From: a virus
Strand: one strand, 5' to 3'
Virus record (IMG/VR): IMGVR_UViG_3300017613_002335
Length of the DNA: 56,209 bases
The notes under the pieces were generated by a model. That model worked only from the letters and a program-made list of their open reading frames with translations. It searched no databases and was not told the DNA's origin. A program made the position numbers and the translations under genes. This document shows, piece by piece, positions 34,261-44,034 of this stretch. Every line of letters starts with the position of its first letter. Positions within the stretch are counted from its first letter, which is position 1.

Positions 34261-35537
34261 AATCCAAGGCCCAATTTCCTGAAAAATTAAAGTTCTTATT
34301 TAAGCCGCATAGGTACAAAGTTGCTTATGGTGGCCGAGGAAGTGGAAAGTCCTGGGGTTTTGCCCGGGCATTGTTGATTTTGGGAATAAAGAAAAAATTG
34401 AGAATACTCTGCGCTCGAGAAGTCCAGGATTCAATTAAGCAATCAGTACATAAACTCCTGGGTGATCAGATTGAGTTATTAAAAATCAGTAGCCGGTATC
34501 AAGTTTTAGACACTATAATTCGTGGAAAGAACGGCACTGAGATCATGTTTACTGGGTTGTCTACATTGACAGTTGATTCAATAAAATCTTTCGAGGGTGT
34601 TGATATTGTTTGGGTCGAAGAGGGGCAGGTAATCACTGAAAGATCCTGGAAAATTCTTGTACCGACTATTCGAAAAGATGATTCTGAAATTTGGGTATCA
34701 TATAACCCAGAGCTTGAGACTGATCCCACGCATGACCGATTTGTCACCAAACAGCCGCAGGATGCGGTGGTTGTTAAGATGAACTACAGCGACAATCCAT
34801 TTTTTAACACCGTAATGGAAAAAGAGCGTATTGAGTGCCAAAAGAACGATCCGAAAGGATATCCAAATATATGGGAAGGTGAATGTCGGCCAGCGGTCGA
34901 GGGCGCTATATATCATGATGGAATCCAAAAAGCCGAAAATAATAAACGTGTGTGCAATGTCCCATATGACCCATATTTAAAGGTTCATGTTGTGTTTGAT
35001 CTCGGATGGAACGATTCAATGGGGATTTCGTTAGTCCAACGGCATTATTCAGAAATCAGAATCATCGAATATATAGAAGACTCTCACAAAACGCTTGATC
35101 ACTATTCAGCCGAGTTAAAAAAGAAAAATCTCAACTGGGGCAAGGTTTGGTTGCCACATGATGGATATTCCGGAGATTATAAAACTGGGAAAACAACAGC
35201 GCAAATCATGAAAAAGTTTGGGTGGCGTGTCCCAAAAAAGGAAGAGATTGTCAAGGTCGGAGTTGAGGAGGGTATCAAAATTACGAGAATGGCATTTGGC
35301 AGGATGGTGTTTGATAAGGTTAAAGCGGCCAGGCTGGTTGAGTGTATTAAAAGATACCGAAGGCATATTAATAAACAGACTGGTGAACCTGGGGCCCCGG
35401 TGCATGATGAGTTCTCTCATGGTGCAGACAACCTGAGATATATTTCCGTAAATGCAGACAAAATGACAAATGAAGACCAAAGACCCGTTGAGATAATACA
35501 AGGTTATGGACCGATGGACGCGGCGATTAATTATTAG
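34257..35537 (+). CDS. terL: Terminase large subunit (PBSX/Terminase_3-like)
   Basis: Walker A YGGRGSGKSW, Walker B IVWVEEGQ. 426 aa. Confidence 0.85.
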   Translation: MKSKAQFPEKLKFLFKPHRYKVAYGGRGSGKSWGFARALLILGIKKKLRILCAREVQDSIKQSVHKLLGDQIELLKISSRYQVLDTIIRGKNGTEIMFTGLSTLTVDSIKSFEGVDIVWVEEGQVITERSWKILVPTIRKDDSEIWVSYNPELETDPTHDRFVTKQPQDAVVVKMNYSDNPFFNTVMEKERIECQKNDPKGYPNIWEGECRPAVEGAIYHDGIQKAENNKRVCNVPYDPYLKVHVVFDLGWNDSMGISLVQRHYSEIRIIEYIEDSHKTLDHYSAELKKKNLNWGKVWLPHDGYSGDYKTGKTTAQIMKKFGWRVPKKEEIVKVGVEEGIKITRMAFGRMVFDKVKAARLVECIKRYRRHINKQTGEPGAPVHDEFSHGADNLRYISVNADKMTNEDQRPVEIIQGYGPMDAAINY

Positions 35538-35549
35538 GGCAAAAACACT

Positions 35550-37841
35550 ATGGACGAAAGAGAAAAATTTTACAACGAGGATGAGCATCAGAGCGAGGAA
35601 GAATCTCAGAATCAAGAGAAGATGCGCCTGATTGATGCGCTTGCTGAAAATTTGCTGGCCAAACGAGATATCGCTGTTGAGTTCAGGGCCGCTTCTGGTA
35701 TCGAATCGATATGGTTAGAAGATGAAATAGCGTTCGGGGATGTTCTTAATCAACGTAACCGCACATCAATGCTTGACCACGCGACCGGTGCCGCTCCGAT
35801 TAGAAATAACAATGGCCCTGCAAGATCTGTTGTTGAAGTCAATATCATCCGGGGCAAATGCGAGACAGCCGAAGGGCGTTTTTCCGATATCCAATTGCCG
35901 GTTGACGATAAAAATTGGGGACTGAAAGTAACACCAAAGCCAGAAATCAAGACAGCAATGAAAGATGATACCCAGGCAGCAGACCTGGAAGGGAACCCGC
36001 TTTTTAATGATGATGAGACTCCGATGACGATTGCGGATGTCGCAAAGTCTGACCATGATGCAATCAAGGAAAAAATGAAGGAGATGGAAACCGAGATTGA
36101 CGACCAGCTGACCGAGTGCAGTTATAACGGTGAACAGCGGAAAGTTATCAGAGCATCATCCAGAGGTGGTACTGGCATCCTAAAAGGCCCGAACGTCGTT
36201 AAAACAGTCAAAAAGACATGGGAGCCGCAAGGCGAAGGACCGCAAACTGTCCATGTCCTGAAAACCGAAGAAGAAAACAAGCCTTCATCAAAATACGTTG
36301 ACAAATGGAACATATTCCCTGATCCGGACGTTGAAGAAGATATTCAACGAGCAGCTTACATCTGGGAACGAGACATGATCTTGCCTAGAGAGTTGCGGGC
36401 ACTAATTAATGTTGACGGATATTTCTCCGATCAGATCCTGAAAATATTCGAAGAGCAACCCATTCGGAACGCTGCCAGAATTGGCAAAAAATCAAACAAA
36501 TATACAATCCGGCAGTCAACTGTAAGCCATGGCAGCCTGTACGAGAAATGGGAATATTACGGTGATTTAAACCGTGATGACCTGGAAGCGCTTGAAGTTG
36601 ATATCAGTCATGACATGATGTCCCAAAGCTTTTCGGCTGTTGTTGTTTTCGTTAATGATCGGCCTATCAAGTGCGAGTTGAATACATTGGATACTGGTGA
36701 AATACCATATGATTTCTTCCCCTGGACACAGATACCAGGCTCACCATGGGGTTTGGGCCTTGCTCAGATGCTCAAGTGGTGGCAGCGGATAATTATCGGG
36801 TCATTCCGCGCACTAATGGACAATCAATCTGATTCATCCGGTGCCAATGTTGTTATCGGTCCCGGGATTTATCCGGCAGATGGTAAATGGGAGTTGCGCG
36901 GCAAAAAGATTTGGCGGCTGAATGATGAACTCGATGCTGATGTAAGGAAAGCTTTTTCTCAATTCCAGATTGGCAACAACCAGGAACAGATACAGGCGGT
37001 TATTGAACTGGCATTGAGGTTTATTGACATGGAAACGTCATTGCCGGCCATGTTTCAGGGTGAGCATGAAAGCGCACCGGACACACTGGGTGCCACAAAT
37101 ATAATGGTCGATGCTAATAACGTTGCATTGCGAACCAGGGTCAAACTCTATGATGATTTGGTGACTCGACCGCACTTGACCCGATATTACAATTGGAACA
37201 TGCAGTACAACAAAAACCCGGAGATCAAAGGCGATTATAAGGTTGATGCCCGGGGTACGTCTGTATTGCTGGAGAAGGATCAGAAAGCACAGACACTGAT
37301 GCAGGTCATGGCCGCTAAACAGGATCCGGATGTCAATCTGCTTGTTGACTGGGAAAAGGCCACAAAGCAGATGTTTACGTCAATGAGGCTTGATATTCTT
37401 AAATCTCCTGAAGATTTGAAAAAAGCCAAAGAAGCCATGGCACAGCAGCCGGCACCGATGGACCCGAAACTTGAGATCGCAAAGATGAAGCTTGATGGTG
37501 ACATGGCCAAAGCTGAAATGGTTAATAACGCTGACATGGCAGAAATCCAGGCAAAGAGCAATTCAACCCTTGAGGATAGGCAAATAAGGTCAGCGGACGC
37601 AGCGGCCGACAGGGAACACGAACGTACTATGAAACAGATGGACCTCCAGATAAAGATGATGGAGTTCGCATCAAGAGAGGGAATTTCCCTTGAGCAGATT
37701 AAGGCGAAGCTGGCCGGGGATACAATGAAACTAAAGACTCAGGTTGCACTTGCTGGTCCCGATAAAAAAGGGCCGCAGGTTGCCACGCCGGTCGTTGAAC
37801 CAGAGGGCCGGGCACCTGACGGAATGGCTTATCAAGCATGA
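35550..37841 (+). CDS. Portal protein
   Basis: 763-aa ORF directly after terL, with an acidic/helical C-terminus. Call is based on position and size. Confidence 0.7.
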   Translation: MDEREKFYNEDEHQSEEESQNQEKMRLIDALAENLLAKRDIAVEFRAASGIESIWLEDEIAFGDVLNQRNRTSMLDHATGAAPIRNNNGPARSVVEVNIIRGKCETAEGRFSDIQLPVDDKNWGLKVTPKPEIKTAMKDDTQAADLEGNPLFNDDETPMTIADVAKSDHDAIKEKMKEMETEIDDQLTECSYNGEQRKVIRASSRGGTGILKGPNVVKTVKKTWEPQGEGPQTVHVLKTEEENKPSSKYVDKWNIFPDPDVEEDIQRAAYIWERDMILPRELRALINVDGYFSDQILKIFEEQPIRNAARIGKKSNKYTIRQSTVSHGSLYEKWEYYGDLNRDDLEALEVDISHDMMSQSFSAVVVFVNDRPIKCELNTLDTGEIPYDFFPWTQIPGSPWGLGLAQMLKWWQRIIIGSFRALMDNQSDSSGANVVIGPGIYPADGKWELRGKKIWRLNDELDADVRKAFSQFQIGNNQEQIQAVIELALRFIDMETSLPAMFQGEHESAPDTLGATNIMVDANNVALRTRVKLYDDLVTRPHLTRYYNWNMQYNKNPEIKGDYKVDARGTSVLLEKDQKAQTLMQVMAAKQDPDVNLLVDWEKATKQMFTSMRLDILKSPEDLKKAKEAMAQQPAPMDPKLEIAKMKLDGDMAKAEMVNNADMAEIQAKSNSTLEDRQIRSADAAADREHERTMKQMDLQIKMMEFASREGISLEQIKAKLAGDTMKLKTQVALAGPDKKGPQVATPVVEPEGRAPDGMAYQA

Positions 37842-38464
37842 TATTTGAAAGACAAAATAGAGACAAAGCACAGAAACCCGCACCGGAGCAATCCGCTGCA
37901 ATAAAACCCGCCAGTGATGCCGGGGGAGGATGTGAGAAAATGACACAACCAAGTGATGTGTATGAAATGGAAAGAAAGATCGAACATTTAACAAAGGATA
38001 ATGAACGTTTGATTGAAGTTGTCACTAAACAGAGAGAACTTCTTGAGAGCGATGCCGTTGTCATCAAACTTTTGAAAGAGCGAAAAAAGGAAGGTGAAAC
38101 ACAGACCTTTCGCAGGCTGAAACCTTTTAGCGCGATAAGTCCACAGGAAGAGATCACGGAACTGAAAAAAGAAGCAGCTGGAAACCAACGGCTACTGAAG
38201 CATCATGAAAGAATAATATACAAACAAAGCGATGCTATCAAAAATCATAAAAAAACAATTGAACAATTGAGGGGTGAAGTTGATAGATTAGAAGAAATTG
38301 ATGTGGGAAACTTCAAATTTCTCCAGAGAAACCTCCTTGATGGCCATCGGTGGACATGCAAAGAACTCCACGACAAATTTACTTCACCGATTCATCTACT
38401 TTCCGAACGAGTAGATGCCCTGGAAGAACAATTTACAAACATTAACTTTGGGGATGTAATATGA
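37838..38464 (+). CDS. Coiled-coil head-module protein
   Basis: 208-aa ORF. An alternative start is ATG 37940, preceded by GGGGGAGGA. Confidence 0.55.
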   Translation: MIFERQNRDKAQKPAPEQSAAIKPASDAGGGCEKMTQPSDVYEMERKIEHLTKDNERLIEVVTKQRELLESDAVVIKLLKERKKEGETQTFRRLKPFSAISPQEEITELKKEAAGNQRLLKHHERIIYKQSDAIKNHKKTIEQLRGEVDRLEEIDVGNFKFLQRNLLDGHRWTCKELHDKFTSPIHLLSERVDALEEQFTNINFGDVI

Positions 38465-38736
38465 AATTCGCACCCAGAAAATTTTATTTGCACGACCAGG
38501 GCAGGGCAATTGCTGTTTTAGGGACCGTTAAAACTTTTGCATGGGGTTTGATGCTGGTTATCGAGGAAACGGACATGACCGGCCATTCTATCAGCTGCGT
38601 GACCGTTAATCATTCTGATGCAGACACCTGGACTGAGATAGGTGAGACTGAGTTCATCCAGCACTTCAACACGAAAAAAGACCCTAATGCAGCGGTTGAA
38701 GAGGTCACGGAGAATGATGGGAGAGTGTTAAATTGA
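38461..38736 (+). CDS. Hypothetical protein (91 aa)
   Basis: ATGA-coupled ORF. Confidence 0.55.
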   Translation: MKFAPRKFYLHDQGRAIAVLGTVKTFAWGLMLVIEETDMTGHSISCVTVNHSDADTWTEIGETEFIQHFNTKKDPNAAVEEVTENDGRVLN

Positions 38737-39053
38737 TTCGGAAAATAAGAGAAGCATTCCATATGGGCGGTACTGAAGCGGAACAACCCGAGCAGCAGGA
38801 AGCATTTGAAGCGACATTACCGGACAATGAAGACAGCCATGGCACTGGTGAGTTGAACGTCAATTCAAGCACCTGGGCGTTCGTTGCGGCCTGGGCAGAT
38901 GAGCGGATTGAAAAATGCAGAACTCAAAATGATAATCCGACATTATCCGAGAGGGATACTGCCAATTTGCGAGGTCAGATAAAAACGCTAAAGAGTTTAA
39001 AAGGCCTGCCAGACGCAGACAGTACAATTATAAGGGGGATATTGAGCAGATAA
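38733..39053 (+). CDS. Hypothetical protein (106 aa)
   Basis: Coupled ORF. Confidence 0.55.
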   Translation: MIRKIREAFHMGGTEAEQPEQQEAFEATLPDNEDSHGTGELNVNSSTWAFVAAWADERIEKCRTQNDNPTLSERDTANLRGQIKTLKSLKGLPDADSTIIRGILSR

Positions 39054-39117
39054 TTTAACCAACAATTAGGGTGAAGCAGGAAGTCCGGCCAGACTGATAG
39101 CTGACGCAAGATTTAAG

Positions 39118-39167
39118 AAGGGGGCAATACGGTGTCCGTATACATCGTATTCGCCCTCTTTTTTTAT
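39118..39167 (+). terminator. Rho-independent terminator/attenuator upstream of scaffold and capsid genes
   Basis: Stem GAAGGGGGCAATACG / CGTATTCGCCCTCTT with one bulge, followed by T7. It shares the 16-mer GGGGCAATACGGTGTC with the terminator at 9503. Confidence 0.7.
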
Positions 39168-39248
39168 GCCCTAACCCAAATATCAAACCGAGCCGGGAAA
39201 CCGCCTCAAGCTCACCCGCAATACCCGGGTGAAGGAGAAAAACCAAAG

Positions 39249-40145
39249 ATGGATGAGACAATCGAGCTAACAGAAGCAGAAGAACAAAAGATCAGGGAAG
39301 AGGCAAGGGCAGAAGTGTTTGATGGCAAAGAGCCGGTGGTTGATGAGACTCCCGCCTCAACGCAGCCTGAAGGCACTAATGATGTTGCAACGCCTGATCA
39401 AGATGGCGCCGCAGCCGAGAAAGATGTTGACGAGTGGGCCGGGGTAAATCCCGCCGTGCGTAAGCAACTGGAAACTATTTCTCAAAAGGTCGGCACCCTT
39501 GATGCTATGGAAGGTCGCTTAAAGCAAACCGAACGTCGAATCGGATCGATTCAAAATGAGTTCCACAACGCGAACCAGGCAGCAAAAGAAGTTGAGGATG
39601 CGCCCAGCAAAGCAGAAATGGCCGCAGCCGCAGAAGATGACAAAGCCTGGGATGAGTTGAAAGAGGATTTTCCCGAATGGGCAACCGCAGTTGAAAATAA
39701 GATCGCCGCAGCCAGCGCCGGTTTTAAGCAGCCGGATGTCAGTGATATAAGGGAAAACCTTTCATCAGTCAAGGATAGTATGGTCACGAGTGAGGTCTTT
39801 GAAAAGAGACTTGTGAATCTGATGCACCCTGGCTACGAGCAAACGATCCAATCACCTGAGTACACGGACTGGATAACTAAGCAGCCCGAAGACGTTCAGC
39901 AAAAAGCGAACTATGGCACAACCGCCGATGACGCGGTTCACGTTCTTAATCTGTTTAAACAATCGACAGTCACCCATCAGAAAACCCCAGAGGAAATTGC
40001 TGCAGCCCGGGACAAACGGTTGGAGAACTCTATTTCCACGCCATCCGGTCCCAAAAGTCGGCCTCCCAAGTCCGAGGCTGACATGAGCGAGCAGGAACTC
40101 CGTCAAACCATTGCAAAAGAGGAATTTGGCGATAATTACGAATAA
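39249..40145 (+). CDS. Scaffolding protein (probable)
   Basis: ATG 39249 with AAGGAG upstream. The ORF-track start at 39132 lies inside the terminator. Acidic, helical, 298 aa, directly upstream of the capsid gene. Confidence 0.55.
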   Translation: MDETIELTEAEEQKIREEARAEVFDGKEPVVDETPASTQPEGTNDVATPDQDGAAAEKDVDEWAGVNPAVRKQLETISQKVGTLDAMEGRLKQTERRIGSIQNEFHNANQAAKEVEDAPSKAEMAAAAEDDKAWDELKEDFPEWATAVENKIAAASAGFKQPDVSDIRENLSSVKDSMVTSEVFEKRLVNLMHPGYEQTIQSPEYTDWITKQPEDVQQKANYGTTADDAVHVLNLFKQSTVTHQKTPEEIAAARDKRLENSISTPSGPKSRPPKSEADMSEQELRQTIAKEEFGDNYE

Positions 40146-40162
40146 AAATGAGGTAATAAAAG

Positions 40163-41197
40163 ATGCAAAAATATAGTTCTCCAGTAGCAGCCAGGAATAC
40201 CATCCGGGCCGAAATGAAGATGCTGAAACATGCCGAACCTATCCAGGTTATCGGAAAATTTGGTGCTCAGAAAGAGCAGCCTTTAAAAAAGACCGATACT
40301 GTTGTTTTTCGTCGGTTGAAACCCTTTAACGCGACCAACGCAGAAGTGCCGAACATTACAGCGGCAAACTTTGTAACAACTGAGGGCCAGACTCCAGATG
40401 CAAACACTATCGATTACACCGATGTGAGTGTCACCCTTGATCAGTATGCAGTGCTGTTTAAATACAGTTCTAAATCTGAATTGATGTACGAGGACAACAT
40501 TCCTGAAGATATGTGTAAGCTGACTGGTGAAACTCTTGGCGAAGTGGCCGAGTTGGTGGCATACGGTGGCATTAAAGCCGGTTCAAGCGTGATCTATGCC
40601 AATGGCTCCGCAAGAGCTTCCGTAAATACCACCATTACCCTGCAGAAACTGAGATCAGCCGCAAGATCAATGGAAAAAAACAGGGCGCATCTGGTTACAT
40701 CCACCATTAAACCTGGCCCAAATTTCGGCACTTCAAGTGTTGAACCCGGGTATGTTGTTTTCCATCATTCTGATTGCAACAGCGATATTAGAGATCTGCC
40801 CGGATTCACCAAGCGTGTTGATTATGGATCGGCTATCAAGGCTGTTCATCCGCGTGAGATTGGTTCGTGTGAAGAGTTCAGGTTTGTTTCTTCTCCGTTG
40901 TTCGCGCCTTACCTGGCGGGTGGCGCGAGTTCGACGAATACCGGCATGGTAAGTGCTGGCACGTCCAATTGCGACGTTTACCCCATGATCATTATGGGCG
41001 ACGAAGCTTTTGGCCATGTCAGTCTTAAAGGCCACGGTCAGACTTCTATTTCTCCAACAATCATCAGAGCAGGCGACAAAAACCACGCCAACCCATCCGG
41101 CATGTTTGGATATGTGGGCGCGGATTTCTGGTATGCCAGCGCTCGACTGAACGAGAATTGGATGTATCGCATCGAGGTTTGTGTCACTGACCTTTAA
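40163..41197 (+). CDS. Major capsid protein (probable)
   Basis: 344 aa, with a strong SD (GAGGTAA). Call is based on position after portal and scaffold. Confidence 0.7.
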   Translation: MQKYSSPVAARNTIRAEMKMLKHAEPIQVIGKFGAQKEQPLKKTDTVVFRRLKPFNATNAEVPNITAANFVTTEGQTPDANTIDYTDVSVTLDQYAVLFKYSSKSELMYEDNIPEDMCKLTGETLGEVAELVAYGGIKAGSSVIYANGSARASVNTTITLQKLRSAARSMEKNRAHLVTSTIKPGPNFGTSSVEPGYVVFHHSDCNSDIRDLPGFTKRVDYGSAIKAVHPREIGSCEEFRFVSSPLFAPYLAGGASSTNTGMVSAGTSNCDVYPMIIMGDEAFGHVSLKGHGQTSISPTIIRAGDKNHANPSGMFGYVGADFWYASARLNENWMYRIEVCVTDL

Positions 41198-41300
41198 TAC
41201 ATGAGGTTTTAAACCGCCTCTAAAAATAATGTGGGGGTAAGTCTTTTTATCCCCACGCCACAAAGACCTCTTGAGTAAGCAGGGGCAGGAGTAAAAAGAT

Positions 41301-42335
41301 ATGGGAAATAAAATTCAAAACTTTATTAATGCAATACCAGGCGGAAGAACCCAGAGAGCAATCCGGGGTTTAATGAGCATGGTGTTTGATGATTCGGCAG
41401 CGAGCAATTTGCAGATCAAAGACGCCAGCGGGAAAATTACCCTTGCAGATGGGACCAGTATCCCGGCAGCGGGTACGGCTGGTTATTCGGTTGGATGTGA
41501 ATTCAAGTTGACCAATGCGTCTACAGGACAGTGTCCCAGATGGATTAATCAAGGGTCGGTCACATCGTGCCTATTTGTACCAACTGGGCCAGTTACCGGC
41601 TATGGCATTTACGCTGCTGGTGCCAGAGGCGCGTCAAACGGGTCTACCACGGAAATTATCAGTGGCGAAGGATTTGCAAACACTGATATCGCTATTGCAG
41701 GTCACATTAAATCAAATGATGACGATTACATAGCCAGTGTTGCAATGACAGACGATGAGGCAGAGATGCTGATCACGGCAGACGCTGATCCGTTAACCGC
41801 TCATGGATACCTGTGGGCAGCACTCAGGAATCAATGCGCTCCTGGATGGGATATTGCCTATGCTGGTACGGCTGTTTCGACGGCAGCGACTACAACGGCT
41901 ATCACAGTTGCCGGTGTTTTAGCGACCGATATTGCACTTGCCTGTTATCAGGTGACGGATGACACCGACGCAATTGAGAAAACGGTGTGTTCAGCCAATA
42001 CTATAACCGTAAGTCATTCTGCCACATCCAGCACAGGTCATACAATCGGTTACGTTGTTTTACGACCACGGGGAGCGTTTAAGCCCAGTCACTATATTTG
42101 CGCGGCAGACAGTGCCGTTGCAACTACAGCCGATGCGACAGGTGTTGCTACCAATGATGTCACTATCAGCGGAGCCCTTACAACGGATGTCGCTTTTGCA
42201 GTCATCCACACTCAAGGTGGAACTATCGAGATTGCCAGGGCTCAAGTCTCAACCGCCGGGACGTTGACGGTTCAATTCGGTAGCGATCCCAGTACAACCA
42301 GTGCGTTTTCATACATGCTCTTACGGGCATACTAA
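41301..42335 (+). CDS. Capsid-associated protein with three internal ~56-aa repeats (decoration-like)
   Basis: Repeats at aa 119-176, 200-255 and 287-342 share G...TD(I/V)A(I/L/F)A ... (I/L)T(V/A) ... Y(L/V/M).(A/V/L)LR. Confidence 0.6.
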   Translation: MGNKIQNFINAIPGGRTQRAIRGLMSMVFDDSAASNLQIKDASGKITLADGTSIPAAGTAGYSVGCEFKLTNASTGQCPRWINQGSVTSCLFVPTGPVTGYGIYAAGARGASNGSTTEIISGEGFANTDIAIAGHIKSNDDDYIASVAMTDDEAEMLITADADPLTAHGYLWAALRNQCAPGWDIAYAGTAVSTAATTTAITVAGVLATDIALACYQVTDDTDAIEKTVCSANTITVSHSATSSTGHTIGYVVLRPRGAFKPSHYICAADSAVATTADATGVATNDVTISGALTTDVAFAVIHTQGGTIEIARAQVSTAGTLTVQFGSDPSTTSAFSYMLLRAY

Positions 42336-42383
42336 ACATATTTTTTTTAATTTTTTTTAATTCAAAAGATACGAGGTAAACAA

Positions 42384-42845
42384 ATGGACAATTTAAATCA
42401 TGACGCGAGAGGCGGGACTTTCTGCCTTGGCAATACAGGAGTAATCATTGATGCCAACGCAAAAGCTGACGCTGAGACACTGGACGATATTCCATACTGC
42501 ATCAAGGGGTTGATGTATACATTGAGTTCCGGTGATGGGGATATCCAGCTTGACGGGTTCACGGTAACTACTCTTTACACAGCACTCTTTACTGTTTGTG
42601 TTGATAGTTCTGGGACTATTACCGTCACAAAAAGCACTGAGGTGGCGAATGCGGACATTACAGCCGGGAGTAAGGTCTTACACTGGCCAGAGCCGACCGC
42701 AAATACATGCCCGATTGCAGGAATAAAACTCAAAAACGGTTCTGCTTCCGTATTTACAGGCGGTTCAACACTACTGGATGCAAGTGATATCACTTTCACT
42801 GCATACAATTTTTTCGCCAGGCCTACAACCCCAATAACATCATAA
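42384..42845 (+). CDS. Virion structural protein (hypothetical)
   Basis: 153-aa ORF with SD GAGGTAA. Confidence 0.55.
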   Translation: MDNLNHDARGGTFCLGNTGVIIDANAKADAETLDDIPYCIKGLMYTLSSGDGDIQLDGFTVTTLYTALFTVCVDSSGTITVTKSTEVANADITAGSKVLHWPEPTANTCPIAGIKLKNGSASVFTGGSTLLDASDITFTAYNFFARPTTPITS

Positions 42846-42908
42846 GGGGATTTTAATCAACCTAAGTAATCAGGGGGGTGAAACTCCCCCCTCCGGAGAT
42901 TTAAACAC

Positions 42909-43364
42909 ATGACAAAAAAAAAAGTAACGGAAGCGCACTCAGGTGATCTTCGAAAAGGCGAGTCTATTCCCATCGGTGAAATCGGGAAGGACAGTGCCGG
43001 AATTGATCCAGTGTCTGAAAACGATCATGCAAAGGCCATCGATGATGAGGTTTTTGCAAACCAGATGCTGACAATTGTCATTGCGACAAGCAACGATAAA
43101 GAAGATTTAACAATTGTGACTCCCAGCGTTAATGGTGTCAATCAACCGATTGTACGGGGTGTTGAATCACAAATTAAACGCAAATACGTCGAGGCACTGG
43201 CAAGATGCACATACACACGATACGAGCAAAAAACGCCAGATCCGAGCAAGCCAGACAAGATCCAGATGATCGAAAGAATCAGTTTGGTTTATCCGTTTTC
43301 AGTTTTGCACGATCCGCATCCAAACGGTCGTGAATGGCTGAAAGACATCCTGAAAGCGGCCTAA
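42909..43364 (+). CDS. Virion structural protein (hypothetical; head-tail adaptor by position)
   Basis: 151-aa ORF. Confidence 0.5.
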   Translation: MTKKKVTEAHSGDLRKGESIPIGEIGKDSAGIDPVSENDHAKAIDDEVFANQMLTIVIATSNDKEDLTIVTPSVNGVNQPIVRGVESQIKRKYVEALARCTYTRYEQKTPDPSKPDKIQMIERISLVYPFSVLHDPHPNGREWLKDILKAA

Positions 43365-43367
43365 CCA

Positions 43368-44033
43368 ATGACTTTTCTTGAAATTTGCAAACGGCTCAGA
43401 AGCGAGGCAGGGTTGAGTGGGACTGGACCTGCTTCTGTCATCAGTCAGACGGGTGAATCGAAAAAGATTGTCGAATGGGTCCAGGCGGCTGATGAAGATA
43501 TCCAGAATATGTATCCGGACTGGGAATTTTTGCGGGATGATTTCAGTTTTTCGACTATCGCCGCGCAACAGTCATATACGCCAACACAGGCGGGAGAATC
43601 AACCCTTGCAAATTGGAAAGTCAATGAGCGTGGGGATGTAAGGATTTATTCTTCTGTCTTAGATGAATCATATTTGGTTTATATGCCGTGGCAGGAATTT
43701 AAAAGCACATATCTGTTTGGATCATCCAGAAGTCAAACGGGCAGGCCCACAGTGTTCAGTATTAAGCCGAACAACTCAATCATTTTTCATCCGATACCGA
43801 ACGCTGTCTTTAATTGCAATGGAGAGTTCTATGGCAAAGCCGTGACAATGGCAACCAATACGGCAGACCCACAATTTCCAAGTCAATTCCACATGATTTT
43901 GGTTTGGAGAGCGTTGACACTTTACGGGGCATACGATGCAGCGGACGAGCGATACACCCATGGCCAAAATGAATACTTGCGTATTTTGACCGCTTTGAAG
44001 CGTGACCAGATGCCGCAGATAACTTGGGGATAG
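43368..44033 (+). CDS. Tail/neck structural protein (hypothetical)
   Basis: 221-aa ORF immediately preceding a 677-aa structural gene. This short-then-long pairing resembles tail tubular A/B arrangements of podoviruses. Confidence 0.45.
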   Translation: MTFLEICKRLRSEAGLSGTGPASVISQTGESKKIVEWVQAADEDIQNMYPDWEFLRDDFSFSTIAAQQSYTPTQAGESTLANWKVNERGDVRIYSSVLDESYLVYMPWQEFKSTYLFGSSRSQTGRPTVFSIKPNNSIIFHPIPNAVFNCNGEFYGKAVTMATNTADPQFPSQFHMILVWRALTLYGAYDAADERYTHGQNEYLRILTALKRDQMPQITWG

Positions 44034-44034
44034 A

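Noticed and set aside
35115-35615. Long antisense ORFs within late genes (35115..35615, 37699..38157, 40733..41263, 50332..50850, 51396..51887, 53263..53694)
   Set aside because: All are antisense to strongly supported coding frames, lack SD sequences and have skewed low-complexity compositions. They are typical shadow ORFs.
39132-39248. Upstream start (39132) for the scaffold gene
   Set aside because: The first 39 codons would be translated from the terminator hairpin and T-tract. ATG 39249 has a proper AAGGAG.
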